DNA of 64,000 nucleotides from an uncultured Verrucomicrobiae bacterium (GTDB lineage Bacteria; Chlamydiota; Chlamydiia; Chlamydiales; Rhabdochlamydiaceae): NCBI GenBank assembly GCA_963806855.1, contig CAWDYW010000003.1, positions 704,001 to 768,000 of the forward strand, read 5' to 3'. Shown piece by piece: positions 17,774 to 27,646 of this stretch (position 1 is its first letter; each line of letters starts with the position of its first letter). The notes under the pieces were generated by a model. It saw only the letters and a program-made list of their open reading frames with translations, ran no database searches and was not told where the DNA came from. The position numbers and the translations under genes were made by a program.

Positions 17774-19587
17774 TACTCAAAACTGATCGACTTATTATCC
17801 GTGAATTTACCGCCGAAGACCTAAATGCTCTGGCGTCCTTGCTTGGAAATGAGCAGGTGATGGAATTTTCCATCGGGGGGCCCCTATCATGGCAGCAGAC
17901 GAAAGAATATTTAGAGCAAAGGATTCTGCCCCACTATGCTCACCATGGATTTGGCCTTTGGGCGGTTGTCTATGAGGGGCAGGTCATTGGGTATGCTGGG
18001 CTCATCACTCAACAGATCGATGGAGAGAAGCTCATCGAATTGGGGTATCGCCTGCTGCCCGAGTATTGGGGAAAAGGGCTCGCCTCCGAAGCGGCCGGCG
18101 CAATTGCCCAATACGCCTTCGATCAGCTCAACCTCGAGCAGATCATCTCCATCGTCGAAGAGAAAAATGTCCGAAGCGTTTCGGTTGCAAAGCGGCTCGG
18201 GATGCATCATTGGAAAGATGCCGATTTCCATGGGAAAATTGCGCAAATCTATTGTCTGCATAGAGTGAGTGTGGAGCATTTTGATCCAATATGGGAGAAG
18301 GTTTTTGAAGCGGAGAGAAGGCAGCTGGAGAAGATTTTTGAAGGTCATCCGATTGAGTTTATTCACATCGGCAGCACTTCGATTGGTGGATGCTCAGCAA
18401 AGCCTGTTATAGATATTTTAGGGATCACGACCGATATTTTGGAAATCGATGCTTTTAACCAAAAGATGGTCGAGCTGGGATATCGACCACGGGGTGAATA
18501 TGGGATGAAGCAGCGTCGTTTCTTTCAGCGGAAAGCGGCCCCTAAGGTCCATTTGCATATTTTCGAACGGACCGATCCCGAGGTTGGCCGCCATTTACGC
18601 TTTTGTAATTATCTCAGGGCGCATCCAGAGAAAGTCAAAGAGTACTCTGAGCTCAAGGAGGAGCTGGCAAAACGTTTTCCTCACGATATTGCCGGCTACA
18701 TACTTGGCAAAGAGAAATGGATCAAACAGACAGATCTGCAGGCTGCCTGGGCCGCTTCTACATTATCGATACCGGAGCAGCCGAAACGAACAAATTGGAC
18801 TCAGAGTGAGATCTTGAAGGCGATGGAGGTCAACATGCATTTGCAAATGACCTATTTTGCCAAGTATATCCCCACGATGGAGATTGTCTTCGAGCCCGAT
18901 GTGACGGTTGTCCGCTCCGAAGTTCCCGATGACACATTTAACTATGTCCTCTCAGCAAGGTTTACAGAAAAAAATGGCAAGGAGAGGATCGCCCATGTGC
19001 AGAGCTTGTATCAGGATCGGCCCTATTCTTGGTGGGTAGGCGAGAGCGATACCCCCTCTAATTTAAGTGAGCTGTTGCAGATTCAAGGCTTCGAGTTCAA
19101 AGAGAAGAATGTGGGGATGTATTTAGACCTTTCACATTTTCAGCCAATACTGACTTCTTCTCTTCAATTTCATCGTGTTCAATCACCCGAGCAAATGCAA
19201 GATTTTGCCAAGGTGGTCGTTGATGTGAGTGAAATGACCGAAATTTACGATCTTGTTTACGCCCATCTGCCTCCAGTGCTCTATTCAGGCAGTAGCCCCA
19301 TGGAGCTGTACGTGGGGTATTTGGATGGGGCGCCGGTCATCACAGGGATGCTGATTGCCCATGCGCATGTCGCTGGCATTTACTACATCATGACCCTTCC
19401 CACTCAGCGGAAAAAAGGATTTGGGACAGCGATGATGAATCTTTTGCTCGATCGGGCAAAAGCGCGAGGCTACTGCATCGCAACACTCCAAGCATCCAGC
19501 GAGGGCTACCACCTCTATGAACGTTTGGGATTCCAAAGATGCTGTGAGTTTCTGGAATATACTCAAAAAAAGCAAGTTCGTTATTGA
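17770..19587 (+). CDS. GNAT (RimJ/RimL-like)-GrpB-GNAT fusion
   Basis: LKTDRLIIREF...ELGY...YWGKGLA; GrpB HIGSTSI..AKPVIDI..HLH..LRAHP..Y..K; C-terminal TLPTQRKKGFG..LYERLGF. Confidence 0.88.
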   Translation: MILKTDRLIIREFTAEDLNALASLLGNEQVMEFSIGGPLSWQQTKEYLEQRILPHYAHHGFGLWAVVYEGQVIGYAGLITQQIDGEKLIELGYRLLPEYWGKGLASEAAGAIAQYAFDQLNLEQIISIVEEKNVRSVSVAKRLGMHHWKDADFHGKIAQIYCLHRVSVEHFDPIWEKVFEAERRQLEKIFEGHPIEFIHIGSTSIGGCSAKPVIDILGITTDILEIDAFNQKMVELGYRPRGEYGMKQRRFFQRKAAPKVHLHIFERTDPEVGRHLRFCNYLRAHPEKVKEYSELKEELAKRFPHDIAGYILGKEKWIKQTDLQAAWAASTLSIPEQPKRTNWTQSEILKAMEVNMHLQMTYFAKYIPTMEIVFEPDVTVVRSEVPDDTFNYVLSARFTEKNGKERIAHVQSLYQDRPYSWWVGESDTPSNLSELLQIQGFEFKEKNVGMYLDLSHFQPILTSSLQFHRVQSPEQMQDFAKVVVDVSEMTEIYDLVYAHLPPVLYSGSSPMELYVGYLDGAPVITGMLIAHAHVAGIYYIMTLPTQRKKGFGTAMMNLLLDRAKARGYCIATLQASSEGYHLYERLGFQRCCEFLEYTQKKQVRY

Positions 19588-19668
19588 GTTAAAAATTTCT
19601 TTTTTGCTAAATACTAGATACTACTTTCCCCCTGGATTTTTTTGTGGTGTTGGGTATGAACACCTCGA

Positions 19669-22600
19669 ATGGGTGTTTTAATAGAATTTTTTAAATTAGG
19701 TGAATCTATGTCTGCAAAATCTTTTTGGCCTTTCCTTTCTCTGATGAGTCTTGTGCTTTCTCTTGAAGCAACAACAAACTATACGGTGACCTCTAATAGC
19801 GATGATCCCACGGTCCCAGATTCGCTTCCCAATATCATCAACCAAATCAATTTGGCCACTTTCACAAACTCGACCACTCCTCAGGATTTTGCGATTTCTT
19901 TTTCCCCATCCATTTCAAATACCATCGCGTTAACAGCTCCCCTGCCCCCAATTGTCGCTTCTCCGACAGCCACAATTACCGGTACCATTGATGGAAGTGG
20001 AGTCTCAGCCGGTCTTACGATCGATGGGGGAGGAGCAAATAGCGCTTTTATCTTTATCGGCAATGGCCCATCTGGCAGCGGACAATTTACAGTGAGTAAT
20101 ATGACCATCCAAAATGCAAAAGCAAACGGAGGCCCAGGCGGCACAGGTTTTGTTGGCGGAGGAGGAGGCGGAGGTCTTGGTGGAGCCGTTCTTTTGTTAA
20201 ATGGTGCAAATGCAACTGTCCAATCGATCGCTTTTATCAATGATAGTGCCCAAGGTGGCGCTGGAGGCGCAGCGATGTCTGTAGAGAGTTCCGCTGGAGC
20301 TGCGGGTGGCGGTGGAATACACGGGGCAGGAGGTTCTGCCGAAACATTCTCAGAAGCTGGCGGCGGCGGGCTAATGGGGAATGCAGCAAATTTTATTAAT
20401 GGCGGGGGCGCTGGAGGCGGACTCATAGGAAATGGAGGAGGCTGTAGCTTCGGTAGCGGTAGCGGAGGCGGCGGATTAATCCCACCGAACGTTAATGGAT
20501 TACCAGATCAGTCAGGCGTAGGTGGAAATGGGGGTGGGCCCCTTGGTGGAGCAGGAGGAAATAGTTATCTTCCTACTAATCCTGCTGGTCAACCTGGCGG
20601 GCTCGCTAGCGGAGGCGGTGGCGGTGGAGGTCCTGATCCAGCTGCTGTTGGAGGTACTGGTGGCTATGGAGGCGGAGGCGGAGGCGGTTCAGGGAATGCC
20701 AATGGAGGCAATGGAGGCTTTGGAGGCGGCGGCGGAGCATCTGGAACCAGTGCGCTAGTTGTCGGAGGAAATGGAGGATTTGGCGGAGGTGGTGCTACGG
20801 GCTATGGAGGCAATGGACCTAGCACAGGGGGAAATGGAGGCTTTGGAGGCGGTGGAGGCAGCGGAGCGCTCGATGGTGGCGGCGGCATGGTCAGCGGCGC
20901 AGGTGGTTTTGGTGGAGGGAGCGGAGGGGCGCTCGTCTATAGTGCTCCAGTGGCTGCGGGAACTCCAGGCTTTGGAGCTGGAAGTGGAGGAGCAACTGTA
21001 TCATCTGGTAGCAGCTCTACTAATGGTACTGCCGGGGGCGGAGGCGGCGCAAGCCTCGGGGGCGCAGCTTTTATTCAAGAGGGAGGCTCTCTCACAGTGA
21101 TAGATTGTACCTTCGCAGGCAATAGCGTGACGCCTAGTGTAGGAGGAGGAGCGCTTTTAGGGGGTGCTCCAGGATCTCCTGGCTTAGCCTTTGGTGCTGA
21201 TTTCTTCTTGATGTCGGGCGGATTGCTGAATTTCGATCTCTCATCTAATCTGACTTTAACTAATCCCATCGAGGGTAATCAAGGCGTAGGAGGGGGAGAT
21301 ACCACGGTTGGAGGTCTTACTAAGATGGGCCCCGGGCAACTTTCTCTCTCTGGCGCGAATACTTATACCGGTATCACCAACGTCCAAGCGGGTACGCTCC
21401 AAGTCAACAACTCGGTTGTCACAGATGTAACAGTGCAATCGGGAGCAATTTTAAGCGGAACTTTTTCAATTAATCCAAACGCCGCTGCAACAAATAATGG
21501 GAATCTAACCAATTCCGGTACAGTCTCCCCTGGAGTAAATGAGTTGGGGACGATCACCGTCAGCGGTAGCTTCACCAATAACTCCGATGGAACACTTGCA
21601 ATTGGCATTACTCCTAGTGGGACTAATGGCAGCTTGTTTCTCCCTACTGGAACCTCCTTACTGAATGGGGGGATTCTAGAGGTATTCGTCAACTCTGGTG
21701 CTTATGCCGATGGGACACGCTATACGGTCATTAATTCCCCCACTACAGGGACATTTGCTCAGGTTAACCAAAATGGCCCGATGGGCGGTTCGCTCATCAT
21801 CGATGTCGCCTATAGCAGTGTGGTCTTGACCATCCGCAACAACCCCATTTTCAACCCTGCGGTCATCACATCGAGTGTAGCTCGGGCAGTGGCCAATTGT
21901 ATCACCAGCGCCCTCCCCCTTACCGACCTCGATTTTGCTGCAGTGGTCGAGAACATAGGAAGACTAAGCAATACCCAGATTAATCGAGCTCTGATAGATC
22001 TTTCACCTGTCAATTTTGGTGCTTTGGACTGGATCAATGAACGGAATAATAACTATCTTGCAGATATCTTATCTGAGCGGCTCTTTGAACTCTGTTGCAG
22101 CCCAAGAGATTGCTGTAGCTGCGATTGCAACCGTACGGTTTGGATCGATGTCTTTGGCAATCTGATGAATAATTCTAAGCACTATAACAACTTAAGCCCC
22201 TTTGATGCGAATGCAGTTGGAGTGGTCACTGGACTTGACTATTGCTTTAATTCTTTTACATTGGGCGCTGCATTTGCATACACCCACACTTGGCTCAACT
22301 GGAAGCATCATCATGGCAATGGCGACATCAATAGCTACTACGGCGCGCTTTATGGCAACTACGAAGGGTGCTGGTTAAATGCCGATATTTCGTTCATAGG
22401 GGGCGGTAGCGATCACCATTTGAAGCGCAGAATTGATATTCAAGGGGCAGATGTGGTAACCGGAGCGCCGGTCGTGATCGATAGATCGGCTAAGAGCCAT
22501 CCATGGGGCTACTTCTTCACTGGACATCTGGGCCTTAGAACTGATTGGGAGTGGTGCTGCACTACCTTTGAACCATTTGGACTGATCGATTACAACTACT

Positions 22601-22986
22601 TCCAGCGCCAGAGTTTTAAAGAGCATGGAGCAAATAGTCTCAATTTAAGGGTGAAACAGCATACTCAAAACATGCTCCGCGGCGAAGCGGGCCTAAGGGC
22701 CTATCGCACGTGGGTTTGCGAGTGCTCATGTTTCGCTCCTTATATTGGCCTCAGCTGGGTCGGAGAGTTCCCTTTAGGGCATTCTAAGCAGAAGGCGAGC
22801 TTCACTGGTCAGAGCTGTGTGATTGATGTGACCAGCTACCACTCTTCGGTTCAACTCGTCTCTCCTCAAGCGGGGATCAAGTGGACTCAGAATAGTGGAT
22901 TATCATTCTCGCTCGGTTACAAAGGGCTCTATAACAACAAGACCAGTATCAATGAAGTTGAAGGCCGCTTAGAGTGGGTATTCTAA
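19669..22986 (+). CDS. Autotransporter with Gly-rich passenger and Cys-rich beta-barrel
   Basis: Signal peptide (likely start 19708), GGNGGFGGGGG repeats, passenger repeat GGLTKMGPGQLSLSGANTYTG, barrel ending in EWVF. Confidence 0.9.
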   Translation: MGVLIEFFKLGESMSAKSFWPFLSLMSLVLSLEATTNYTVTSNSDDPTVPDSLPNIINQINLATFTNSTTPQDFAISFSPSISNTIALTAPLPPIVASPTATITGTIDGSGVSAGLTIDGGGANSAFIFIGNGPSGSGQFTVSNMTIQNAKANGGPGGTGFVGGGGGGGLGGAVLLLNGANATVQSIAFINDSAQGGAGGAAMSVESSAGAAGGGGIHGAGGSAETFSEAGGGGLMGNAANFINGGGAGGGLIGNGGGCSFGSGSGGGGLIPPNVNGLPDQSGVGGNGGGPLGGAGGNSYLPTNPAGQPGGLASGGGGGGGPDPAAVGGTGGYGGGGGGGSGNANGGNGGFGGGGGASGTSALVVGGNGGFGGGGATGYGGNGPSTGGNGGFGGGGGSGALDGGGGMVSGAGGFGGGSGGALVYSAPVAAGTPGFGAGSGGATVSSGSSSTNGTAGGGGGASLGGAAFIQEGGSLTVIDCTFAGNSVTPSVGGGALLGGAPGSPGLAFGADFFLMSGGLLNFDLSSNLTLTNPIEGNQGVGGGDTTVGGLTKMGPGQLSLSGANTYTGITNVQAGTLQVNNSVVTDVTVQSGAILSGTFSINPNAAATNNGNLTNSGTVSPGVNELGTITVSGSFTNNSDGTLAIGITPSGTNGSLFLPTGTSLLNGGILEVFVNSGAYADGTRYTVINSPTTGTFAQVNQNGPMGGSLIIDVAYSSVVLTIRNNPIFNPAVITSSVARAVANCITSALPLTDLDFAAVVENIGRLSNTQINRALIDLSPVNFGALDWINERNNNYLADILSERLFELCCSPRDCCSCDCNRTVWIDVFGNLMNNSKHYNNLSPFDANAVGVVTGLDYCFNSFTLGAAFAYTHTWLNWKHHHGNGDINSYYGALYGNYEGCWLNADISFIGGGSDHHLKRRIDIQGADVVTGAPVVIDRSAKSHPWGYFFTGHLGLRTDWEWCCTTFEPFGLIDYNYFQRQSFKEHGANSLNLRVKQHTQNMLRGEAGLRAYRTWVCECSCFAPYIGLSWVGEFPLGHSKQKASFTGQSCVIDVTSYHSSVQLVSPQAGIKWTQNSGLSFSLGYKGLYNNKTSINEVEGRLEWVF

Positions 22987-22988
22987 CT

Positions 22989-23684
22989 CTACAGAATTAG
23001 AAAGGCGTGAAGCATAAGATCTGCGACGAAGTGAGCTCCCATCGCTGCCCAAAGACCGCGCGACCAGTAGAGCCAACCGAAGACGATCCCTGCGATTCCA
23101 TTGAGGAGAAGGACTCTAGTAATTTCGAAAGCTGTGGGCGAGGTCAGCTTGAGAGCCGCGGGCAGGTGGCCGAGCCCAAAAATTAATGAGACTAAAATAT
23201 TCGTTGCCCAGAGAAAATAGATCTGCTTATTCGCATTGAATTTAAAGCACTTCTTGAAAAGAAAGTAGAGGGCTGTAAACAGAAATAATCGAAGTGAGAC
23301 CTCCTCATTCACCGCACCATAGATTGAAGCTAGAGCCCCAGCCCAAAATGGAGGATGTGCGGCTGTAAGGAGCGAGCTATGGAAAACCACTTTATCCAGG
23401 ATGAAAAGCGTCAGCCCAGTTAACAACCCAAATAGAAGTGCGGGGTAGAGAAAATTTGTGCGACGAAAAGGTTGTAGATCGGTTTTGGGAAGAATTTTAT
23501 AGCTTAAGTAGCAAATAAGGGCAAAACCTGCAGCAGACTGAAAGGTAATCAGAAGGAACAGCCTTAAGTTTGAAATGGAGGCAGGGAAAATATCTAAATA
23601 ACGGATGTAGGGGATAATGGACCACGTTCCAATTATCGACAGAATCCATAAGAAAACAAATGTCTTTTTGTGGGCTTTCATCAT
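22989..23684 (-). CDS. CPBP (CAAX/Abi) intramembrane metalloprotease
   Basis: EEVSLR, FGLGH and AHFVAD motifs; multiple TM helices. Confidence 0.9.
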   Translation of the reverse strand: MMKAHKKTFVFLWILSIIGTWSIIPYIRYLDIFPASISNLRLFLLITFQSAAGFALICYLSYKILPKTDLQPFRRTNFLYPALLFGLLTGLTLFILDKVVFHSSLLTAAHPPFWAGALASIYGAVNEEVSLRLFLFTALYFLFKKCFKFNANKQIYFLWATNILVSLIFGLGHLPAALKLTSPTAFEITRVLLLNGIAGIVFGWLYWSRGLWAAMGAHFVADLMLHAFLIL

Positions 23685-23719
23685 CGGCTAGCTTAGCAAA
23701 CTTTTGGATAATAAACTAT

Positions 23720-23741
23720 CCCCCCTCATCGCTGAGGGGGG
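23720..23741 (-). terminator. Hairpin downstream of merR
   Basis: CCCCCCTCA-tcgc-TGAGGGGGG, followed by AT-rich sequence on the minus strand. Confidence 0.6.
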
Positions 23742-23749
23742 TGACAATA

Positions 23750-24512
23750 TTACGATAGCTTTCGCTCAGCAAAAACCTTCATCGCATCCGCCATGAAAGT
23801 GGCAAGTTCTGGATGAAAAGGATCTAGCTGTTTTCTGAATTCAGGATGCTCTGCATACAACTGAGCATACGCCATGTACACCGCTTTGGTTGCGGTATGG
23901 GTTTGCTGCATGAGAGCATGGTGTTTTGTGATGATCTTCTGCACCTCATCTGAAGCAGGATCCAATCCTCTTTCGATGCAGCGGACAAGTTCATTAAAAA
24001 TCGCGAGAGCAGTTGTCGTAGAGGGCTTTCCCTCTTTTTTCGACATCCTCAGCGCTTTTAGTTGGATTCTTGACGCTTTTTGCGACAAGTTTTTCAGCTG
24101 CGGAATAGGATTGCCCTTCCTTCGCCTTTACCAATGTAATATTGAAGCCATCGAACATCTCTTTGTCTTTCATTTTCTTTTTTCCTTTTAAGTGTTTGAT
24201 TGTTTTATCGATGGTCTTAAGTAACACTCCAATTTTTTCCCATTCTTTGGTCAATGCCGATTTGTGGGAGTAGAGAGCTGCGAGTTGATCAAAATCGCTT
24301 TTCCCTACCACTTTTTGGATCTGTTTCAGGGAAAAACCTAATTCTTTGTAGAACAAGATTTGTTGAAGCTGCAAAAGCTCTTTCTCTTCGTAATACCGGT
24401 ACCCGTTGGATCCATAGTAAGCCGGTTTAAGAAGACCGATTTCTTCATAGAAATGGAGGGTTCGCACGGTTACCCCTGAGAGTTCGCTTAATTTTTTCAC
24501 TGTATAAGCCAT
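23750..24512 (-). pseudogene. MerR-family Mta/TipA-like regulator, frameshifted near 24015
   Basis: YTVKKLSELSGVTVRTLHFYEEIGLL..NGYRYY; TipAS-like C-terminus (GLDPASDEVQ..Y..HPEF) lies in another frame. Confidence 0.82.
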
Positions 24513-24556
24513 CGATTCCTTCCTTTAATATCCCTTTGATTTTAAAGGATGGCTCA

Positions 24557-24588
24557 ATAATAGGGAATGACGTATACGTTAGGGTCAA
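24557..24588 (-). promoter_or_regulatory. MerR-type long-spacer promoter with dyad operator
   Basis: TTGACC-ctaacgtatacgtcattccc(20)-TATTAT; dyad TAACGTATACGTCA. Confidence 0.75.
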
Positions 24589-24651
24589 GATGAATTTTTC
24601 GGAAAAAAGAAATGGCTGATCGTTAAGGAGTTGCGAACGCTATTGGCTTTG

Positions 24652-25386
24652 CTATTTTTTCCGGTCTAGGAATTCTTTAAGTGTCATCGAGTATTGTTCT
24701 TCCAGTAGCTGTGAAAAGGCATTTTTTTCAACGGGAGTTTCTTTTAGGCGATAGAATCGAATGAGGTCTCCATCGATCGGAGAAGAAAAAAAGCAGGGAT
24801 GTCGAAAGACATAAGGCATCCTATGTGGTCCCCATTTCGATTCAAGACACAGATTGCCATCCTCATCGAAACGGCAGATCCCAGCATGAGTCGTACCACC
24901 GACGTCATCACCTTGATAATCAAAGCTATTTGTAACAGTGCAGACTGCAAGATCCCCATCACGAGGCTCATCAACATTTTCAAAATAAGTGCTTACAATA
25001 GGGTCAATATTATGCTCTTTAAGATATTGCTGAAATGTGCTGATTTTTATCCCTGAAATTGCCTCTAATTTTTCTCCAAAAGTACTGATCGCATACGCAT
25101 AACAGGTCAAAAATCTTCTTGGATCATCTGGGGCAAATTCTCCTACTCGGAAATTATAATGAGAGGGTTTGCCATTAGAATATTTATGTCCGATGGATTG
25201 ACATTCTTCCGCATTGCAGTTCATCAATCTTTTCCTAAGGATGTCGGTTTTTGTATATCCATTATAGAGTCTGGCATAGGTGCGCCCCCCATTAATTCCC
25301 CATGCGGTGATGGCAGATCCATCGTATGGACAGAAAAGTCTTGTTCTTTTTGTAGCTTCGATCATAGTTAATAATAATTGTATCAA
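24652..25386 (-). CDS. Hypothetical protein, possible papain/NlpC-like Cys-His fold
   Basis: LTCYAYA...PRDGDLAV...THAGI...ESKWG pattern. Confidence 0.6.
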   Translation of the reverse strand: MIQLLLTMIEATKRTRLFCPYDGSAITAWGINGGRTYARLYNGYTKTDILRKRLMNCNAEECQSIGHKYSNGKPSHYNFRVGEFAPDDPRRFLTCYAYAISTFGEKLEAISGIKISTFQQYLKEHNIDPIVSTYFENVDEPRDGDLAVCTVTNSFDYQGDDVGGTTHAGICRFDEDGNLCLESKWGPHRMPYVFRHPCFFSSPIDGDLIRFYRLKETPVEKNAFSQLLEEQYSMTLKEFLDRKK

Positions 25387-25429
25387 AAATATTAATTAAT
25401 TTCAAGTATTTTTAAGTAGCTGATAATTA

Positions 25430-27136
25430 TCATTTAACATTCTCTAGCCAACGGCCATGTTTTTTGATTAATTCGACGAGCCGGTCATCGGCATCGGCAA
25501 AGTGGATATCTTTCTCAACGCAGGTCTTGCCCACGTAGAGGTCGATCATCCCGGGTTTGGAGCCGACGTAGCCAAAGTCGGCATCGGCCATCTCGCCAGG
25601 GCCATTGACGATGCAGCCCATAATGGCGATTTTGACGCCGGGAAGATGGGAGGTGCGCTCGCGGATTCTTTTGGAGACATCTTGCAGATCGAAGAGGGTC
25701 CTTCCGCAGCTCGGGCACGAGATGAAATCGGTCTTTGTGGTCCGCATGCGGGCTGCTTGCAGAATATTGAGGCTTAAATTGCGTAGGAACTCGTTTTCAT
25801 AGGGGGCGTTGATCCAGAGGCCGTCGCCCATACCGTCGCAGAAGAGGGCGCCAAATTCGGCAGCCGATTGGATGATGAGATCTTCTTGCGAGCAGTCGTA
25901 CTGAAAGGCTAAGATCACAGGAGTTTTTAGTTTGAGCCAATTGAAAAAGCGGCGGCAAGTGTTGAGCCGATCGGTCGAGGGGGCCAGAAAGATGAGCGAT
26001 GGATTGAGCTCTTCGAGCAGAGGCCATTTGTCCGGCGACTCGTCTCGGATGAGGATCGCTTGGGGTCCTTTTTGCGCTGTGAGCGCTTCGGGAAAGGTGC
26101 GCAGTGGCAGATCTCCGGTCCCAGAGAGGATTTCGCCATCGCCATTTGAAATTTTGATTTTTTTGTAGAGGTCCAGTGGAGAGCAAGAGCTGAGGATGAC
26201 GGCCCCGTCGCGATGCAACATGTCTCTATCTGCTTTTTTGATGGGAGCTTGGAGTTTGACCGAGGTCTCAAAACGCTCATAGGATTTGGCGAGCTTGATC
26301 AGTCTTTGGCAGGGGTCGATTTCATTCCAGGCATCTTCGGTGAGCGAGACTCGGATGGTATCGCCGATCCCATCGAGAAGCAGTGAGCCGATTCCCATCG
26401 CCGATTTGATCCGGCCATCTTCGCCAGCGCCCGCCTCGGTGACGCCCAGATGCAGAGGGTAGTCCCATCCGAGAGCGGTCATTTCCTCAACCAAAAGGCG
26501 ATAGGCTTCGATCATCACTTTTGGATTCGATGACTTCATCGAAAACATAAAATCGTGGAAGTCATTTTGGCGGCAGACACGGGCAAATTCGAGCGCCGAC
26601 TCGAGCATCCCGCGTGGAGTATCGCCATAGCGGTTCATGATCCGGTCGGAGAGGGAGCCGTGATTGGTGCCGATCCGCATGGCCCGCTTGAGACGCTTGC
26701 ACTTTTCGATGAGTGGGGTGAACTTCTCTTCGATTTTTTCGATCTCTATAGCGTAAGAGGCGTCATCGTAAATAGTCGTCTTGAAGGTGGCCCGCTTGTC
26801 GACGAAGTTGCCTGGATTGATCCGCACTTTCTCGACGAAATCGACAACGGCGATCGCGGCTGGAGGGTAAAAGTGGATGTCGGCCACGAGGGGAATCAGA
26901 TAGCCTCGCTGGAGCAGCCCATTCTTGATCCCTTCGCAGGCCTCGGCCTCTTTCATCCCCTGAACGGTGAGACGGGCAATTTCACAGCCCGCATCGGCCA
27001 GGCGGATGATCTGCTGGATCGTCGCTTCAACATCGCGGGTGTTGGATGTGGTCATCGATTGGATCCGGATCGGATTATTGCCGCCGACGCCTACATGACC
27101 GACCAGAACTTCTCGTGTCTGCCGCCGTTTTGCCAA
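25430..27136 (-). CDS. ispG: HMBPP synthase, long insertion type
   Basis: IRIQSMT, LVADIHF, RINPGN, RIGTNHGS, HLGVTEAG, GDTIRVSLT, SCPSCGRT, MGCIVNGPGE. Confidence 0.97.
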   Translation of the reverse strand: MAKRRQTREVLVGHVGVGGNNPIRIQSMTTSNTRDVEATIQQIIRLADAGCEIARLTVQGMKEAEACEGIKNGLLQRGYLIPLVADIHFYPPAAIAVVDFVEKVRINPGNFVDKRATFKTTIYDDASYAIEIEKIEEKFTPLIEKCKRLKRAMRIGTNHGSLSDRIMNRYGDTPRGMLESALEFARVCRQNDFHDFMFSMKSSNPKVMIEAYRLLVEEMTALGWDYPLHLGVTEAGAGEDGRIKSAMGIGSLLLDGIGDTIRVSLTEDAWNEIDPCQRLIKLAKSYERFETSVKLQAPIKKADRDMLHRDGAVILSSCSPLDLYKKIKISNGDGEILSGTGDLPLRTFPEALTAQKGPQAILIRDESPDKWPLLEELNPSLIFLAPSTDRLNTCRRFFNWLKLKTPVILAFQYDCSQEDLIIQSAAEFGALFCDGMGDGLWINAPYENEFLRNLSLNILQAARMRTTKTDFISCPSCGRTLFDLQDVSKRIRERTSHLPGVKIAIMGCIVNGPGEMADADFGYVGSKPGMIDLYVGKTCVEKDIHFADADDRLVELIKKHGRWLENVK

Positions 27137-27532
27137 TTATTGCCTCTTCAAAAGTTGATCGCATTTGGCGGCCAGAATGAAATCACTCTCAGATAGGCCG
27201 TCGATTTTGTGGGTCCAAAGCTGAATCTTCACTTTCCCATAGGCCAAGAGGATGTCGGGATGATGCCCCTCTTCTTCAGCCAGCGCGCCGACCCGGTTGG
27301 TGAAATCTAGCGCTTCGACGAAGTCTGTGAAGAGATAATCTTTTTCCAAGTGGTGCTCGTCGATAAGGCTCCAGCTACTACCTAGCTGCTCGTAGTAAGC
27401 GGCGAGTTCATCTCCTTGAAGGGGAGGGGTGTCAGAGTTGCATGGGATACATTTTTTTATTGTGAGGTCGCAGCAGGCTTCGGAATAACCTGCGATACAA
27501 AATAGGGTGCAGAGAATCGTTAAAAATTTCAT
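27137..27532 (-). CDS. phhB: Pterin-4a-carbinolamine dehydratase with a signal-peptide-like N-terminus
   Basis: AEEEGHHPDI, WTHKIDGLSESDFILAAKCD. Confidence 0.88.
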   Translation of the reverse strand: MKFLTILCTLFCIAGYSEACCDLTIKKCIPCNSDTPPLQGDELAAYYEQLGSSWSLIDEHHLEKDYLFTDFVEALDFTNRVGALAEEEGHHPDILLAYGKVKIQLWTHKIDGLSESDFILAAKCDQLLKRQ

Positions 27533-27646
27533 TTAATCCTCCCATAAGGTTATCAGATACAAGAATAAAATTACCGATCTTTTAATGGAAAAAAAAGTTG
27601 CAAAAGCAGACAATATTTAGAAATTTTTATCGTTCGGAGGAACTCG

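Noticed and set aside
20140..21070. Non-coding tandem DNA repeat
   Set aside because: Explained by Gly codons of the autotransporter with varied third positions.
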